64,000 nt of DNA from Uloborus diversus (GCF_026930045.1 NC_072740.1:29428384-29492383); one strand, 5' to 3'. Positions 24,130 to 39,010 are shown, counted from the stretch's first letter. Notes: generated from the letters alone by a model not told the origin. Numbers and translations are program-made.

Positions 24130-27100
24130 GTATGGATCTTGTGCCTTTACTTTTGGTATGTTTTTCATTAAATCTGCTTTGCTGGAATATAATACTTTTT
24201 AACAGTAGTAGTGTAATTTCAATATCATTGAACAAATCTTTTATTGCAGCCAGAAAATTAATTTTTAGAATTAAGATAATTATTTATGAAACTGATTCTT
24301 AAGAAATTTTTGCCACACATGTCAGATCGAGTTCCTTCGAGTCCTGTAAGGAAGAATACATTTGCTAGGAGTTGTGCTTTTCATCTGAATAATAAGGGTG
24401 TCATAGAGGATAGTGATGTTATACAGAGGGTGTTCACACATTGTTTAGATGATGTATATTGTATTCACAAAACTAAATTACTTAAAATTCTTGTATTTTA
24501 AATGTTCTATTTGATAGCTCTTACTGCTAGTTTCCTGCCTCTAGCGATATGCTTTGGAGAAAGATGATGCATGTTGCATTTTTTCGTTTTCTTCAGATTT
24601 GAATCAACGTTTATCATTTTGTTTACAGTGGACACCAAGCATTTTAATGACTTTACAACTGTGCTTTGACAAGGGGGATTTTCTTTTAACATCAAACAAT
24701 GTACCTTTGTAACAGTCAAAAGTATCCTTCTTTTCCTTGGATACTTGGAATTTTGGTCCCACTTGAGGCTCCAATTTGACATTTTTTTTTCCTTTCTTGT
24801 TGACGATATTACTTATATGATATAACAGAATATGAAAGTTTCTCTTCGGAAAGAGCATAAATACAGCCTTCGAACCACTGCTTCATTTAAAATGCCATTT
24901 TAAATAAAAACAAACCTATAAAACCACTAACAATAATTTTGACTTTTAAAACCATAGTACAGTTGCAATTATTCTTTTGCAGCAACCCATTTAAAAAAAA
25001 AAATGTACAAACAGCCTCTGTATAAGAGACTTCCTTGTTAAATAACAAGTATGCAGAATGGTGGGTTTTATAGATCTATTTGATATAATTCTAAGGAAGC
25101 TCTACCTTCAACTAAAGTTTGGTAAGACTTCATTTGGATATCAACAAATTCATAAGGGCTCAAAGGTGAGCATCATAGCTCTTAAAATGTATCCTTAAAA
25201 TATTCAAGTACAATGGACTCAGGCTGCTACGAGATTTGACTTACACACAATGGCTATAACACGAGTTTTTTATGAGTTACAAATTTTAGAGCTAGTAAAA
25301 GTCCTCACCAGCAGCATGAAATTTTTTGGCTTTGTAATTTGCTACTAAATATTGGTTTTGTAAATGGACTTTCATTTCTTTAGCATCACTGAAAGAAGTT
25401 CACACCCCACTATTCTAAACATTGTTTTGTTAGTGTATACAAATAACCACTCTGCATTTTTCTTTTATTTTTTTCCTTCTTAATATGAAAATTCATGAAA
25501 TATAACGGTAAATAATACCTAAGCGTGCTGCTTCATCTGAAGCTGGGAAAGAAAAAGTATCTTATAATTAAGCAAAAGGTGAAGATCATCGTTATGCAGG
25601 GCAACACTGATAACAATCTGATGACTTGAACAGCTCAGTGGCGGATACAAGGGGAGGGTCAATGTGGTCATCACCCTCACCTAAACCGTCGACAGCAGTA
25701 TCCATCCGCATTGTGTTCAAACACTTATGCGTAAATTGTAAAGGACTACAATGTCTGTTCAATTCATCAATCATTTTTGAAAGTAAGTATTTGAACTACT
25801 ACTTCGTTTCATTGCTCATAAAATTAATTTGCAATGTTTATCGCCAATTAGGTGCCTTATTCCTCGTCAATTTGGTGCTTTTTATAGACCCCCATAGCAG
25901 TTCCAGAAATTTTTCGTACCCAAAACCATAGATTTGTTCATACCCCATGAACGAATCTATGGGTCATTCTTCAACATGACCCCCCCCCCCTTAAAATGGT
26001 TTTCTGTATCCGCCTCCAATCATCGTCATCTTCTTTTTAGTTTCTTTTACAAAAAAGGAAGTATTGTATTCGCGGAAAAATGTTCACTCAAAAATTGGCC
26101 TTAATTTCCATTTTGCTCACCCTCGAATGAATGTTGAGTTTTTTTCGACCCGACTACACGTAGATATATGCCTAGGGACGTACAGACACCCGAAATATCC
26201 ATTTTGACGATCCCCGAGTTAATTACGAGTTTTCCCGTGACGTCTGTATATACATATGTATGTGCATATGTATCTCACATAACTCAAAAACTGTATGTCC
26301 TAGAAAGGTGAAATTCGGTACGTAGACTCCTAGTGGGGTCTAGTTGGGCACCTTCCCTTTTGGTTGCATTAGGATGTTCTTAAGGGGGTCTTTTACACCT
26401 TTTTGGGGGGAAATCATTGTTAATTTCAATGCTAACTAAAGTGGTGTTATAATTTGTCAAACACTTGGCGATATATCACCAAGCTTTTGACAGCTAAGTT
26501 TAGTTGCCAACTTGGCAAAAAATTTGGCTTTTTTTTTTTTTTTAAATTTTTTAAGTCTGGTTTTAGTTTGGCCAATGTTGGTGATATTTAAAGGGTTAAC
26601 CACTGAATCACTTTAAAATTGCCAATAATGGGGAAATAAATCTGTGTAAAACTTTTTTTTGCCTCGGCTCTCACGAAACGAGAGGTGAAAATATTTAGTG
26701 TTTCCTTGCTTACTCTAAGGCGCTATTATCATTAAATTGGCGTAAAAGGAAGTCATGTGATGCACACATCAGCTGGTTTTTTTAGTAGTAATTACTATTG
26801 CTTGTAGTATTATGGTACTGTATTTGATTATTTTAATTAGTGTTTATCGTACATGCAGTGTACATAAAAATGATTACTTATTTTATTTATATGAATAACT
26901 TTATTTGAGAAAGATTTCATAAAAATGAATAATAATATTCAATTAGCTTAGTATGAGAAAGTCAATCCTCCTGATTACAACATCATGAATAACTGCTCTG
27001 ACCAGATGGATATAGCAATTAAGTATGAAAAAATGCAGAACTATTAATTTCTTTTGGATTTTCACAATTAAAATTCTTAATCGTTTGCTCATTTTGAAGA

Positions 27101-27297
27101 CCATCAATAAGGAAAGTTTGACATTTTTACTCCTCAGTAGAGGAATCAAAATGTCTCCTCAGAAGCTGAAAGAATATTTCTCGTACAAATACTGAATTAT
27201 ACTCAATGTTGAAAAATCAATGAGTATTTTTTAAAATGTGCATAAAAATTCTGTGTTTAATTATCCTCATTTACATATTCTTGATTGTTTTTTACAG

Positions 27298-27366
27298 CAG
27301 CTACCTTTGGTTCAGCGCCTAATTCTCTTTTTGGCTCCCAGAAAAATTCATTTGCTTCACCTGCAG
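27298..27366 (+). CDS. TEP1-like gene, repeat micro-exon B (..ATFGSAPNSLFGSQKNSFASPA..)
   Basis: It has acceptor ttttacag| and donor ctgcag|gtaaat. The frame compatible with exon A is open. It encodes an FG/SP-type repeat motif. Confidence 0.4.
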
Positions 27367-28914
27367 GTAAATAAAATTTAAAACCTTGTAACATTAACTA
27401 TAACAGTAGTTAGATAATGGTCCAATTTCAAAAATAATGGTTGGCTTAAATTGTTTTAACAACTCATTTCTTGTAATTTTACATATACTAACTGTGAAGT
27501 TTATGTCTAGATCTGCTAAAAGAAATTATTACTAAAACATGAAAGTTTGATAGAGGTATTTCTCGAAGTACTATACCATTACCTAAATTACTCCGTTATT
27601 GTTGTAACGGTCTTGGTTTTGTCATGTTCTTGAATTGATTTGCTGGGATTAAAAGCAACAGCTACAGATTGTAATTTCAGCGGAAGAACTTACGAAAAAA
27701 AAAAACACAAATTTTATTATTTCCTCCTCCTCCCTTTTCCTTTAAATTCTTATGTAGTTATTCTCAGCTCATTGGGCTTGTAAATGTGGTCTTGCTGAAA
27801 TTGCTGTTGTCATTTCTTTCTAGTGTAGTCTTAGAAAATGAAATTCAATAATGCAGCAACAGTTTTTGTTGTCGCGAACATTAAATAAAAATGATTAATT
27901 TAATAATAATAAAATACATAAAGGCTGGAACAGATCCATAAGTTACATAGATGTTCCAGTACATGCAAAATACGTAACAGCATGGAGAGATTCGATGAAT
28001 TAAATAGCTTATGCACTAGTGCTCATCTGGAATGGTATTTTTATGAATTTGTTGCTCAGTATATCCTCGATAAACCATCCCGTGAAAACTTTACCGTACT
28101 TTTGATTTTATTTTTCTTATAGATTATTTTATATATTTTAAATGCCAAGGACACCATAAAATGGATGATCTGATTAGAAAAAAAAAATATTTGTATCAAA
28201 ACTTGATTTTTATCCCTGGCCATTTTTTGACATATTACTACTTACACAAATAACTGGTTACAAGTAATAGATCCCAAAACATGTACCAATGTGTGAATTG
28301 ACATAAAAGTTAGAAATTTAAATAATGAAAAGGGGATTCTCATAGCTTTCCTTTCGCAATGTTGCATGGAGGACATTATTTTTTGTACAAAGTACAAATT
28401 TAATCATTTTTTTTTTGGGGTACAATGCTTTGCCAGGGTCTTAGAGAGTAGTAAGGACTGGTTCATTTCTTTGATCTTTTAGTTTCGCAGCCTTTCTGCT
28501 GAAAGGGGGGAAAAAACGACTGTCTCTGATGCCATTCTGGAAGCACTGACTCGCGTGTTTCAGTGTGCTTATTATTGATCACTCTTTCAATTTTAATTTT
28601 TCTGCTGGCTCTATTTATCACAGGAACTCTCCATGCCCATGCCCTGGGTATGAAATTTCTATGGAACTGGAGAATTTTTTATAATTCATCTAAATTCTTT
28701 TTCGAAAATTGGACCAGGGCTTTCATACATAATTCTTTAATTCTTAGTGTTCTTTCCTACCCCCCCCCCCCGTTTTGTGCACGGTGTGTGCATTCTGTAA
28801 TGAATTTAAAACACACAAAGCATAAACGCGTAAAATTGCTATATATTTTAAAAATCTTTGCTATGATTACTGTATACTCCGTCAGTTATTTAAACAGTTG
28901 CGTTCAATAGCAGA

Positions 28915-29770
28915 TTCAAAAGGGGGGGGGGGGGTAAGGGGGCTATTCCCCCCTTCGATGTCCAAACTTGCACTAGATAAAATCAAAAATTTTGAGACTT
29001 TTAATGCTGCAATACATTTGCGAATTTAAATGTGCATTACATTTAAATATAACTACAATATATAGTGGCATATTAATAGATGGCAGGGGGGGGGGGCTAA
29101 GAGACTGTACCCCTCCCATTCTTCCATTTGGTCAAAGCTTAAAACAGATTAAATTTTGATCTGTGCAATGGAATGAAAAGGCATGAAGGTTACATTCTGC
29201 AATCGTTTTTTTTTTTTAATCTCAAATTATAATTTTCAAATTAAACTACCATAAATGTTTAACTTCTATTTAGCGAGATATAGCCCCCTCCCTCCATGAA
29301 GTCAGAAATACCTCTAAAAAACCCAAATTTAAAAGATTTCAAATATTTCAATACTTTTCCGAATTTAAATATGCAATTTATTTAAATAAATATATACACT
29401 GTGGCGTATTAATGGTGAGTTGTGGGGAGGGGGACTAAAAGAACTGTAGCTCCTTCTTCCATTCAGTCAAAACTTACAACAGATTACAATGTGATTTGCA
29501 ATAGCATGGGAAGGCTTGGAGGAAATAGCTTCGTCCTGATGCCATCAACGTTTTTTAGCCTGAAGTTATCAATTTCAAACTAACACAGTCATATATTTTA
29601 CTTCTTTCTCAGGCTAATGGGGCTATAGTCCCCATCCCCCTCCCAATGAGGTCAGAACTCGCACTAGATAAAACCGAATTTTCGGGGATTTTTAATACTG
29701 CATTACCACAAAGAGAGCTTAAAACTTTTTCGGAACATTTTGTTGAGTGAGCCCCGCTTCCCAACAATGT
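28915..29770. repeat. About 330 bp degenerate tandem repeats, each headed by a G/C homopolymer (G12-13 / C-rich) + GCTAT(A)GYCCCC..GCACTAGATAAAAYC..TTTTAATRCTGCAWTAC
   Basis: Two to three unit copies start near 28921, 29280 and 29590. They have poly-G runs at 28921-28933 and 29086-29096. Confidence 0.5.
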
Positions 29771-31650
29771 CATCAAAGATTACTTAAAATTGAATTTTTA
29801 TTACACTATTTTCGATTATTTCTGATGAAAATTTTCTAGCTTTTTTTTTTTACAATTAACATAATCGTCACCCCTTATTTGGACAAACATGGAATGAAAC
29901 TTTATTTTGGCGTTTCAATTTCAAACTACTTTTGGTGTGAAACTACACCTATCTATATTTATCGTCGCCTAAGTGAGCTTTAAAATATTTTTTTAGACCG
30001 GAAGGCCCCCGAATCTCCTTTCCCTAACAATATCATAAAAATGCTTAATATTGCTTTTCTAGCTTTATTGTCGAAATTTAGTAGGGAAAGTCCTCAAACA
30101 CTGTCTGTGCCTTTAATGTGACTAAAAAAAGATTCATCTACAGGCCTTCAAGCTTGAAACATTTCCTTTGGAGACAACCCATTCCATCAAAATATAAATC
30201 AAAATTGTGTTTTCAGAACTTCAATTTCAAAACATTTCAGAAGACAGTCCCGAACCCCAACGCATCTTCTAGCATCGCCCGAGAGAGCCTGAAATGCATT
30301 TTTAAAACTTCGATTTCGAAAAAGTTCTGTAGAAGATCTCCAAACACTCACTCTTTTCCTAATATTACTATAAACCATAGAAGGAATTGTGCCTTTAAAC
30401 TTCAATTTCCAAATTTAGCCAAAGAAGATACTCAAATTCTTCTCTACTCACTAAACATCTTTAAACACAGACAAATTTTTGCGCTTCTAAGACTTCAAGT
30501 TTTGTAAATTTCCGGAGGTTTCCCCGAGCACCTCCCCCATAGTATCAGCACAGATAGCTTTAAATTTCGTTTTAGAAAATTCCTCGGGAGAATCCTCAAA
30601 CATTTTTTCTTGACATACAACCTGAAAATGACTTCTTGAAAGAGATTTCGGGAGGGAAGGAGGCTAATAAATTCAAGAGGAAAGAATCTTGGGAAAGATA
30701 GAAGGAGTCCTCTTTCCTCTATCTTTCCCAAACCTAAACCTTAAGTCACATCTTTAGGACCTCAATTTGGAGAAAAAAAAATCGGAATAAAGAACTGACA
30801 TCACTTTTGTGACATTAGGAGATCTCCCTAACGTTGACAAAGAAAGCGTACCGTTGAGTTTTTTTCTAACTTTAAGGTCAAAAAGCTTCCAGAGACAGCA
30901 CGTGAACAATTTCAATTTCCCAAACAAAAACGCCACCTTTTGAACACTTAGTTGTTAAAATATTTTCATAAAAAAACGTCCAAATCTTCCCATTTTCTAA
31001 ATTTAACCAAACATTAACTAAAATTAAGTCTTTCAGACTTCACTGACAAAACTTTTCCGAAGAGTGCTCTTCATTTCCTAAACGTCACCAGTTACAGCCT
31101 AAATTGGAGTGTTCAATGTTGAAAAACTTCTGGAGGAGAGCGACCAAGTAATGTAAATTCACCAGAAGTTGCATAAAACTCCTTCTTAATGACTCTAATT
31201 TTGAAAATTTTTCAAAGTAAATCACCAAAGAATCCTCCTAACGTCCCCAAAGATACTCTATAATCTTGTTTTTCCCAGTTCTACAGCGAAAAACTTTGCA
31301 GAGAGAGACCCTGCACCTTCCCAGTCACCTTAACGTTATCACATAGAGCATAAAAATGCGTTTTTGACCTTTTATTTGTGCAAAATTTCTGGAAAGAGCA
31401 TTTGATCCCATAATATCACCCGTGAAAACTTGAAATTGACTATAGTAAGGAAAAATACTCGGGAAGGAACCTCAACCCCTTCTCACCTAACTTTACCTCT
31501 AAAACGTTCCGAAAATTGCGTTTTTGATATCAATTTTTCAAAATTTCTACGAGAGGGTCCTGACCCCCTTCATGCATCCGCTTCTTTTTATTACCTTTCT
31601 CCAGCAATAGCTGGGGTATACTGTTTATACCTTAGCTTTTATCTTCACTT
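29770..31650. repeat. Degenerate intronic minisatellite, about 100 bp unit, >15 copies (..TTTCNGRARAG..TCCTCAAACA.. core)
   Basis: The motif reads ...aaatttccggaggtttccccgagcacctcccccatag.../...aaattcctcgggagaatcctcaaacattttt.../...tttctacgagagggtcctgaccccc... It recurs with a period of about 100-110 bp through the exon B-C intron. Confidence 0.5.
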
Positions 31651-33205
31651 TTTCCATAGGGAGTCATACCATGTTTGCACACCTCTTTCTGTTACGTGAA
31701 AATATTTTATCTACCAATGTGATAATCAACTCAGCTTTATATGAGGTTTTTTGCCTGAGCATGGTTTTAGCTACTCCAGACTCATGAGCATAAAGCTAGA
31801 GCACAGCTGCAATCTCTGGATGCTGCAACTGACCTTTCCGATGTTTTTTCTTGCAATTCAGTCTTAGCTTTGGCCATGGGGTGGTAATTTGTAGCTTTAT
31901 ATCTGAGGTGAATATAGTGTTCATGAAATTATTTATATTCTTCAGTATACTATATAAGTTTATTTCAAGTAAAAAGCTGTATTTGAAGTCATAAATTATT
32001 CAGGAGAGGAACCCCTTGGAGAGAAAATTTCATATTGTTTAAACAGAGGTGTCTGTTCCTCTAAGAGTGATGCCTCCCCCAGGACCCGATTAAGGTATCG
32101 GGTGCCCTAGGTCAAAGTTTTTCGGAGGCCCCCCTGGAGCTAAACCATACAATTTTGGTCATTGGATAAATTTTTTTAGTCAATTGGGGGCCTCTAAAAA
32201 GTGGGGAGTCAATGCCACGGCCTAGTCAGCCTGTTCAGTAATCAGGCCTTGCCTCCCCCCCCTTGCGAGATTGAGAGTACCTGCAAAAACGATGAAAAAG
32301 ACCCTCTAAAACAGTGACTCCCAACTTGGACCGAGGTTAGTCCCCCCCCCCCCTTGCTCAAGTTCTAGATCTCTTACTGGTTGTGTTCCTAGTAAACCTG
32401 GGACTTAAATTTTCGCTGTCGCCCCTCCACCCCTCCACTTCCTCCCCCAAATTAATATTTCATATAAACCAGACCAAGTTTCAAAACCAAATGTTCAGAC
32501 CAAGTTTCAAAACCAATATTAATTTATGTGGTGCAAAGAATGTTAACATTAAAAGCCAAGCAAAAATAGATTGAATTTTACATAAAATTCACATTAGACA
32601 CATACATAGCTTCAAAGTTGCCCCTCCATGCACTGTTGTGCACTTTGTTTGCTGAAATTTAATATAGAAAATAAATTTTAAGATTTTTTAGAAAAATTTT
32701 CAGATTTGAAGCATAAATGTTTATCCATAAACTCTTAAAGCCATTTTGTATTTCACTTGGGGTGGACCTCCCCTTCTGCCCTCCCGTAGTGATGCTACTG
32801 ATTTGAGGTAATTTTGATTCATCACTTCTCTATATTTAACTATCCCACTCATATTATTACATTTATTGGCCTAAAATTGAAGAAAAATATAATGTAGAGC
32901 ATATTTATCCAAAATTAATGAACAATAATTATAAAATGAGTTATTAACCTGCTTCAAAGCTGTCCTGTTGCTTAGGGCAACTTTGAGCCTCATGAGAAAG
33001 GTGATGTAAGAAAAATAATTTGATATTAGTACTTCAACTTAGAATTGGACAAAAAATCTAAATATTTAATCCTAAATTTTTATTTCTAAAAGTTTGTAGT
33101 TTATAAAACTTATTTCAAATGTTCATCAGTGCTTGTGTTAAATTAGCTCTTCATCAGTGTTTGTGTTAAATAATATTTCTATGTTTTTGATAGTTTTTCA
33201 GGAAG

Positions 33206-33271
33206 CTGCCTGCAGTTCAGTATCTTATGCTCCACCTGCACCTGGATTAAATTTTTTGGCTGCACCTAGAA
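33206..33271 (+). CDS. TEP1-like gene, repeat micro-exon C (..AACSSVSYAPPAPGLNFLAAPR..)
   Basis: The donor is gaa|gtaagt. Two acceptor AGs lie 4 nt apart (ttttcag|gaag|). Only the downstream AG (exon start 33206) keeps the reading frame continuous with exons B and D. Using the upstream AG (exon start 33202) gives a stop codon in the exon B-D reading frame. Confidence 0.35.
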
Positions 33272-33311
33272 GTAAGTATTCATAAAAAAAAGTTATACCA
33301 CTTTTTAAATT

Positions 33312-33471
33312 CAGTAAAACCTGTAAAGTTGACCACATGTCTAAGTTGACCGTTATTCTTAGGCACAGAATTAGATCTATCATATATTTCAACCTCTATA
33401 AATTGATCACCTGTTTAAGTTGACCACCAAACTAGTGTACCGCAAGTGGTCAACTTAGACAGGTTTCACTG
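33312..33471. mobile_element. 160 bp MITE, Tc1/mariner-like terminus CAGTAAAACCTGTAAAGTTGACCAC
   Basis: A 26 bp imperfect inverted repeat sits at both ends. The right end reads GTGGTCAACTTAGACAGGTTTCACTG. Confidence 0.5.
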
Positions 33472-36400
33472 TATTAAGAAAATAAGAATATTAGGGTTCA
33501 AATTCCTATAGCAGCAAAAATGAATTTTTTGATGCATTAAAGTAATTGCAAAAGATATGAGAGGATGTCCATAAATGATGTCACTTTTTCACCTGCCTGT
33601 GTCAAAGGGTCACACTTTGCCTTTCCCTTTCCCCTCCTCTTGTCACATGCATGGGTGTTGTGAGGGGGAGGGCAGCTGAGGGATCCAGACCCCCCCAATA
33701 ACTGAGACTCCGACCCCTACAATAGTTAGGATTTGGGAAGGTAAATTCTTTGGGGAAACATTACTTTTTTGAGGAACTCACTTGTTGGAGAAAATAAGTT
33801 CTTTCTTGTTTCGATATTTAATACATTTTTTTTCATATTTTGGGTGCCAGAATGCCTCATAAAGTTTCCATTAAATTTAGATCAAGCCTTTTATCCGGCC
33901 AATATAGTAATTTCTTGATATAAGCATCAAGCAATGATTTTGAAGTTTGAGAAAAATGTAATTATACATTATCCTCTTGGTCCAAGCTGTCTAAACCCGT
34001 AATTAACATTGCATTGAGTAAAAAGAAAAATATTGCTCAGTACATGAACATTACTCTCAGAATTCATTCTGCCCTACACAAAAAATTTAGGGGCAGTTTC
34101 CGTCTGTTGCAAAATTTCTTTAGACCGTTGCTGAACAGCCTCTAAATGTACACTTTGTGATTTCCCCCCCCCCCCTTCACAGAGATCGTACTAGAAGTAG
34201 CAAAAACCATCTACCGCATTTTCCTGCTCATTATTCATGGCAGCATATAATCCACAGGTACTAAAATTGGCCTGAGGAAAAAAAGTCTTCGTATAATCCA
34301 TGAATAATACGATGTTAAAAAAAATGAAGTTTAGATTTACTGTACAATTTTAGCAACTAAATTAAAAAACATGAAGAAGTAATAACTTTTAAGGTATAAT
34401 CAAAACTAATGTAAAAAATAATGATTTCTTCTTGAAATTGTGATTATAAGTACCCTAATTACTTAAAAACAAAGAGTCAAAACAAAGGAGCAAACAGTGT
34501 TATCTTGTGACAATGAAGGCTTCGTCCGTAACTGTATGTTGTTTATTTTGCATAGCCTAAGGGGAACATTAAAGCTATGTAAAAATACAACTTATAGGCA
34601 GCGAAAGAACATCCAAGCTACGTAAAATAAACAACATACAGGACAGTGGTAGTGATCTCCTGTTGAATCCTACTGTAAATATCGATCTTGTTGAGAAAAA
34701 AAAAATCACAGATAATCCGCGGCAGCGTATAATCTGCACCTCATTAACTTTACACTTTTTAACAGATAATCCACAGATCATATACAGGAAAATACGATAG
34801 TCCATCCTAATTATACTTTTTCTCATCAAAAAAGATTATATTATCCCACTTTTTACCTATAACAACATATTTTGGCACACTCAATCCTTGGTTCCTTATG
34901 AGCTTTTTAAAGAGTCCTGACATTAGTTTCACATCATGAAACTTTTTTTATTTTGTAAAACATGTTCAACAGTTCGAGAACTGCATCATAACTTGAATTC
35001 CCATCTAATTTCTCATGATGTTTGTTTCTTGGGGCAAGCTTCTCTCTCTTATTACCATGTGTTTCACATGTACAGAAACATATTTCCTACCTGTTTGTTT
35101 TTGTGGGGCTGGGATTTTTGAAAGCTCTGAATTACCAATATCTATCTATTCAGATTTGTTGCTATTTGACCTATAGTAAATTGTGAAAATTTTCAAACAA
35201 CCACTTTTCCTTTCTAAAATTCTTTAAGTTAAGTACTTAGCGGCATGACTAAAAACAATGTGACGTCCACAATCTCTTGCTAATCAATTATATCATTATG
35301 TAGGGCAGTGCGCAGAACAAAAAACATGCAAATTTTGCTTTTTAGAACACAAATTTAAATGTCCTTATAATTTTGTCCAAAAACTGGGATGTCTAAATTC
35401 AAACTTCATTCTATGAACATAAAATTCCTATGCATTTCCAATAAAAGTCATGATTTTTTAAAAAATTTACCAGTAGTTTCCAATCATGAAATTGGCATAA
35501 CGTTCCGACAAAATGCGACCAAAATTTAATGATTTTTCTTTCGTCCTTATAATTTTGTTTTCCACTGTAGTATCAATGAAATATGATGAATTCCACACAG
35601 CTTGCATTTCTGTAAAGTAATCTTATGTCTAAGATTCTAATTACAAAATAATTGTTAAAACTTCCAAATACTTAATCCATTGCTTCTCAACCTTTCAAGA
35701 TTCCTTCTCCTCCCCCCTTTGAACACTCACATGAGGTCATGCCCCCCACCCTCCTCATCATATGTGGTTAATATAAGTAGTGGAATAGGAAACTAATTAA
35801 GATAACTAAAGCAAGTTTTCAGCAAAAAGCTTTGTTCACATACACCAGTTAGTTAGGTTTTAGTTAAAGTTTCGTACACCAAATTCACCATTGTTGTGCA
35901 AAACTTATTTTTGAACATATTATTGTCAGAACAGATAAAATCTGTGGAGCAGAGAGATAAATACAAATTTTTTGGGGGTAATCCAGAATCTAGGTTAGGT
36001 TGGGTGTGCATATCAGTTACTTTTCCTAGATTAATGAGAGAGCTGACACTTATTTAATATTCTCACCTGAGCACAAATTTGAGTATACTACTGAAAGTTT
36101 TACTTTTTAATATATTTTTTGCATGTTCATGCCACCATTGAAACTTTTCTACTCTCCCCCTCGCCCAAAGGAAGGCACCCCTCCCCCCCCAGGTTGAGGA
36201 ATGCTGCTTTAGCATACAATGCATGGAGGCTTGTTAAAAGCTGTTTAATTCTAAAGCATTAACTTTACACTGTGTATAACTCTGTATACTATTCAACATA
36301 AATTGAATTTCATGCATGTAAGTATATACTATTTAAAGTGACTTGAAAGCTGACATTGAAACTGTTTGTTGATGGTATAGCGCTAAGATATAGTGCTTTG

Positions 36401-37002
36401 CATCTAGTTATAAAAATGCCTTTTACCTCTGAATAAAGCTCTAAAATCTCTTATAATATGTGTAGAAAACATTTCTTATTGCTAAAAACGTATGTTGTAC
36501 AAAAACATTTGAATACTAAATAATTTTTCAAAAATGATATCCTTAATAAAGTTTGGTTATCTTAAAGAACTACTTCAGGAAATTTAAACTGAAGGAGTAG
36601 ATTCAATTGTTCTTAAGTTATTGTAAGACTTGCAAACAATTAAGTTTTGCAAACTAGTACCAAATATTTCCCATTTGAATAAGGCAACAGTATGGTGATT
36701 CTTAAAATGTTTCTCTCAAGTGTTCTATGTGTATATATATTTTTTTTTTTAAATACCTAATTGCATTGCTAACATTAGCTGGTGTTTTGACATTTTTTCT
36801 AAATTTGAACCAACTGAATGTTAGGTCCAAATTGCAAATAATATTTTGCTACTATTTAGTTTTCTTCTATTTTCTCATTCATAAGTCTTGTATGTAGCTT
36901 ATGTTTACTAAAAAATCAACATGTTTGAAATGTTCAATTGTATAAAATTTATTTATAATTAGTTAAATTAATTTCCTTTGTATTTTTTAATACTATTTAA
37001 AG

Positions 37003-37050
37003 CTGATGCATCATTCTTTTGTCTTCCACCTTCTGCAGCCAGAAAACAAG
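37003..37050 (+). CDS. TEP1-like gene, micro-exon D (..DASFFCLPPSAARKQ..)
   Basis: It has acceptor tatttaaag| and donor caag|gtaaat. The open frame is phase-compatible with exons C and E. Confidence 0.35.
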
Positions 37051-38439
37051 GTAAATATCTTTAAACAAGTTATGCAACTATTTATTCTACATCAAGATTA
37101 TAAAGGTAGAACTTCTATTGTGCAAAGAAAAATGTGTTTCTTGAAATGTTATAAGTACTGATTGAAAACTGGATGCATGAAAGATGCTGAGAAAAGTGAT
37201 TGCTGAAACTTAACAGTGGTATTATGTAAAATACTCTACTGCTTGTTGATTGTTAGCCTGCACCAATAGATATTATAAACACAGCACATCTTTTTCCAGT
37301 TTATTTCTCTTTTTGTATTGCACAAATTATGTTTTTTGAACTCTTTTAATACTTTGTGTAAGGCAAGAACAATTTGATAGGATAGTAGTGAGGTTTGATG
37401 CTGCATTAAAAAGATTGTTATATTTGAACTCGGCATCCTTTTGCAGTATGTCATACAACAGTTTCATTTTTGATGCTAAATTTTTAATAATCATCAATAG
37501 TAATTAATCATACGGGTGAAAACTCTTTAAGGGATATAGAACATGAAAAATCTACAAAAGAAATACCCTTAGTATTTACATCAATTTTGTTAAACCGTTT
37601 TCACCAAAGTATTTAATACTATCTTTAAAAAATCAATTTAGTTATTTAATTTAATCTAAAACAACTCATTTTACAATCTAGGCCTAAAGCCTCCCTATGT
37701 TTTAAATGCTCCTTTTTATTCCTCCCTGTAACTAAAATGTCATCTAGGAAATTGTTCGCATTCCAGGCTTTGTTAAGTATTTGTAGAAAATATCCATGCA
37801 AATCCATAGGTTTGCCTGTGCTCAAAGACGCTTTTCGTTTCTGCAAATCGACCACCATAAACTTAACTATCGGCTCAATTTCGTTAGATGCTTTTTTTGC
37901 ATCGTAGATTCGATAGCTTTGATGTTGATGTTTGGTTGGCTCGTGGCAGTTTTGTTAGCAAGAGTAACTTGGAAGCTCTTGCAGTTATAGAATGGAAATT
38001 AGTTTGATTTATTTTTTAGATAATTTCCTAACATTTTCTTTAGCATTTCTAATTATCTTTTTTAAAATAGTGCAAGCTACTTTAATTCCAAAAGGTAAAT
38101 GATTAACTGTTTAAATACTATAAGGTGTGTAACTTTTTTATTTCATCTTCCAAACCTAATTGATCATGTGCATTATACAAATCTAGTTTACTGAAACTTT
38201 TCCCTGTATGTAATGCAGCAAAAAGTTCCTCTATTCTTGTTTAAAAGATAGGTACCATATTTCAAATATTTGTTTACAGTGATTCATTATGCACAGACTA
38301 TTATGTATTTGTTATTAGCTTTCAATACAGGTATAAGAGTGTTCTTCACTGAGAATTGTCTATTTTAGAAATCCCCCTCCCCTTTCTCTAATGAATTGGG
38401 AGATTTTGCTAAAAGGGGCATTTAAACAAAGGCAACAGT

Positions 38440-39010
38440 TTCTCAATAGTGTTAGCAGTCCGTATAAATTTCCAGTTTAATTTCGACATTAGTTCCTAAA
38501 AAATCATTACTTGAGTGAGCACAACAGTCAATAAAACCCCCGTCAGAGTAAAGACAACAGTCCCTAAAAATTCCCATTAAAGTGAGGACAGAAGTTCCCC
38601 AAACTCTCAATAAGAAAGAGAAAGACACTCCTTAAAATTCCCTATTAGGACATGTTTCTGAAAATCCCTGTTAGAGTAAGAGTTACAGTTTTCAAGTATG
38701 TAACATCAACAGTCTTTCTAAAAATATCTATCTTGATAAGGGAAATAGCTCAAAAACCTTTTTCCGAAAGAGAAAAAATTTCAAAATAGCAATGTTGTTT
38801 TTTTTAAACCCCATGTAACATTGTTGTGTGTATTGTAGCAGTAGCTTCAAAAAAAAAAAAAAAAAACTCCTTTGTTTTAGTTCTCCAAAAGTCCTCATTA
38901 GAATATCAACGTCAGTCCCTCAAAATCCACAACAGCATCAACCATTCTGAAAAAACGTATACGACAAATCTATAAGTTCTGATTAGATTAAACTTAACAG
39001 TGGAACTCCA
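38440..39010. repeat. Degenerate minisatellite, about 36 bp unit (CAGTCCCTAAAAATTCCCATTAGAGTGAGNACAA), about 12 copies
   Basis: Units such as cagtcaataaaacccccgtcagagtaaagacaa / cagtccctaaaaattcccattaaagtgaggacagaa / tccttaaaattccctattaggacatgtt are visibly related. Confidence 0.5.
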
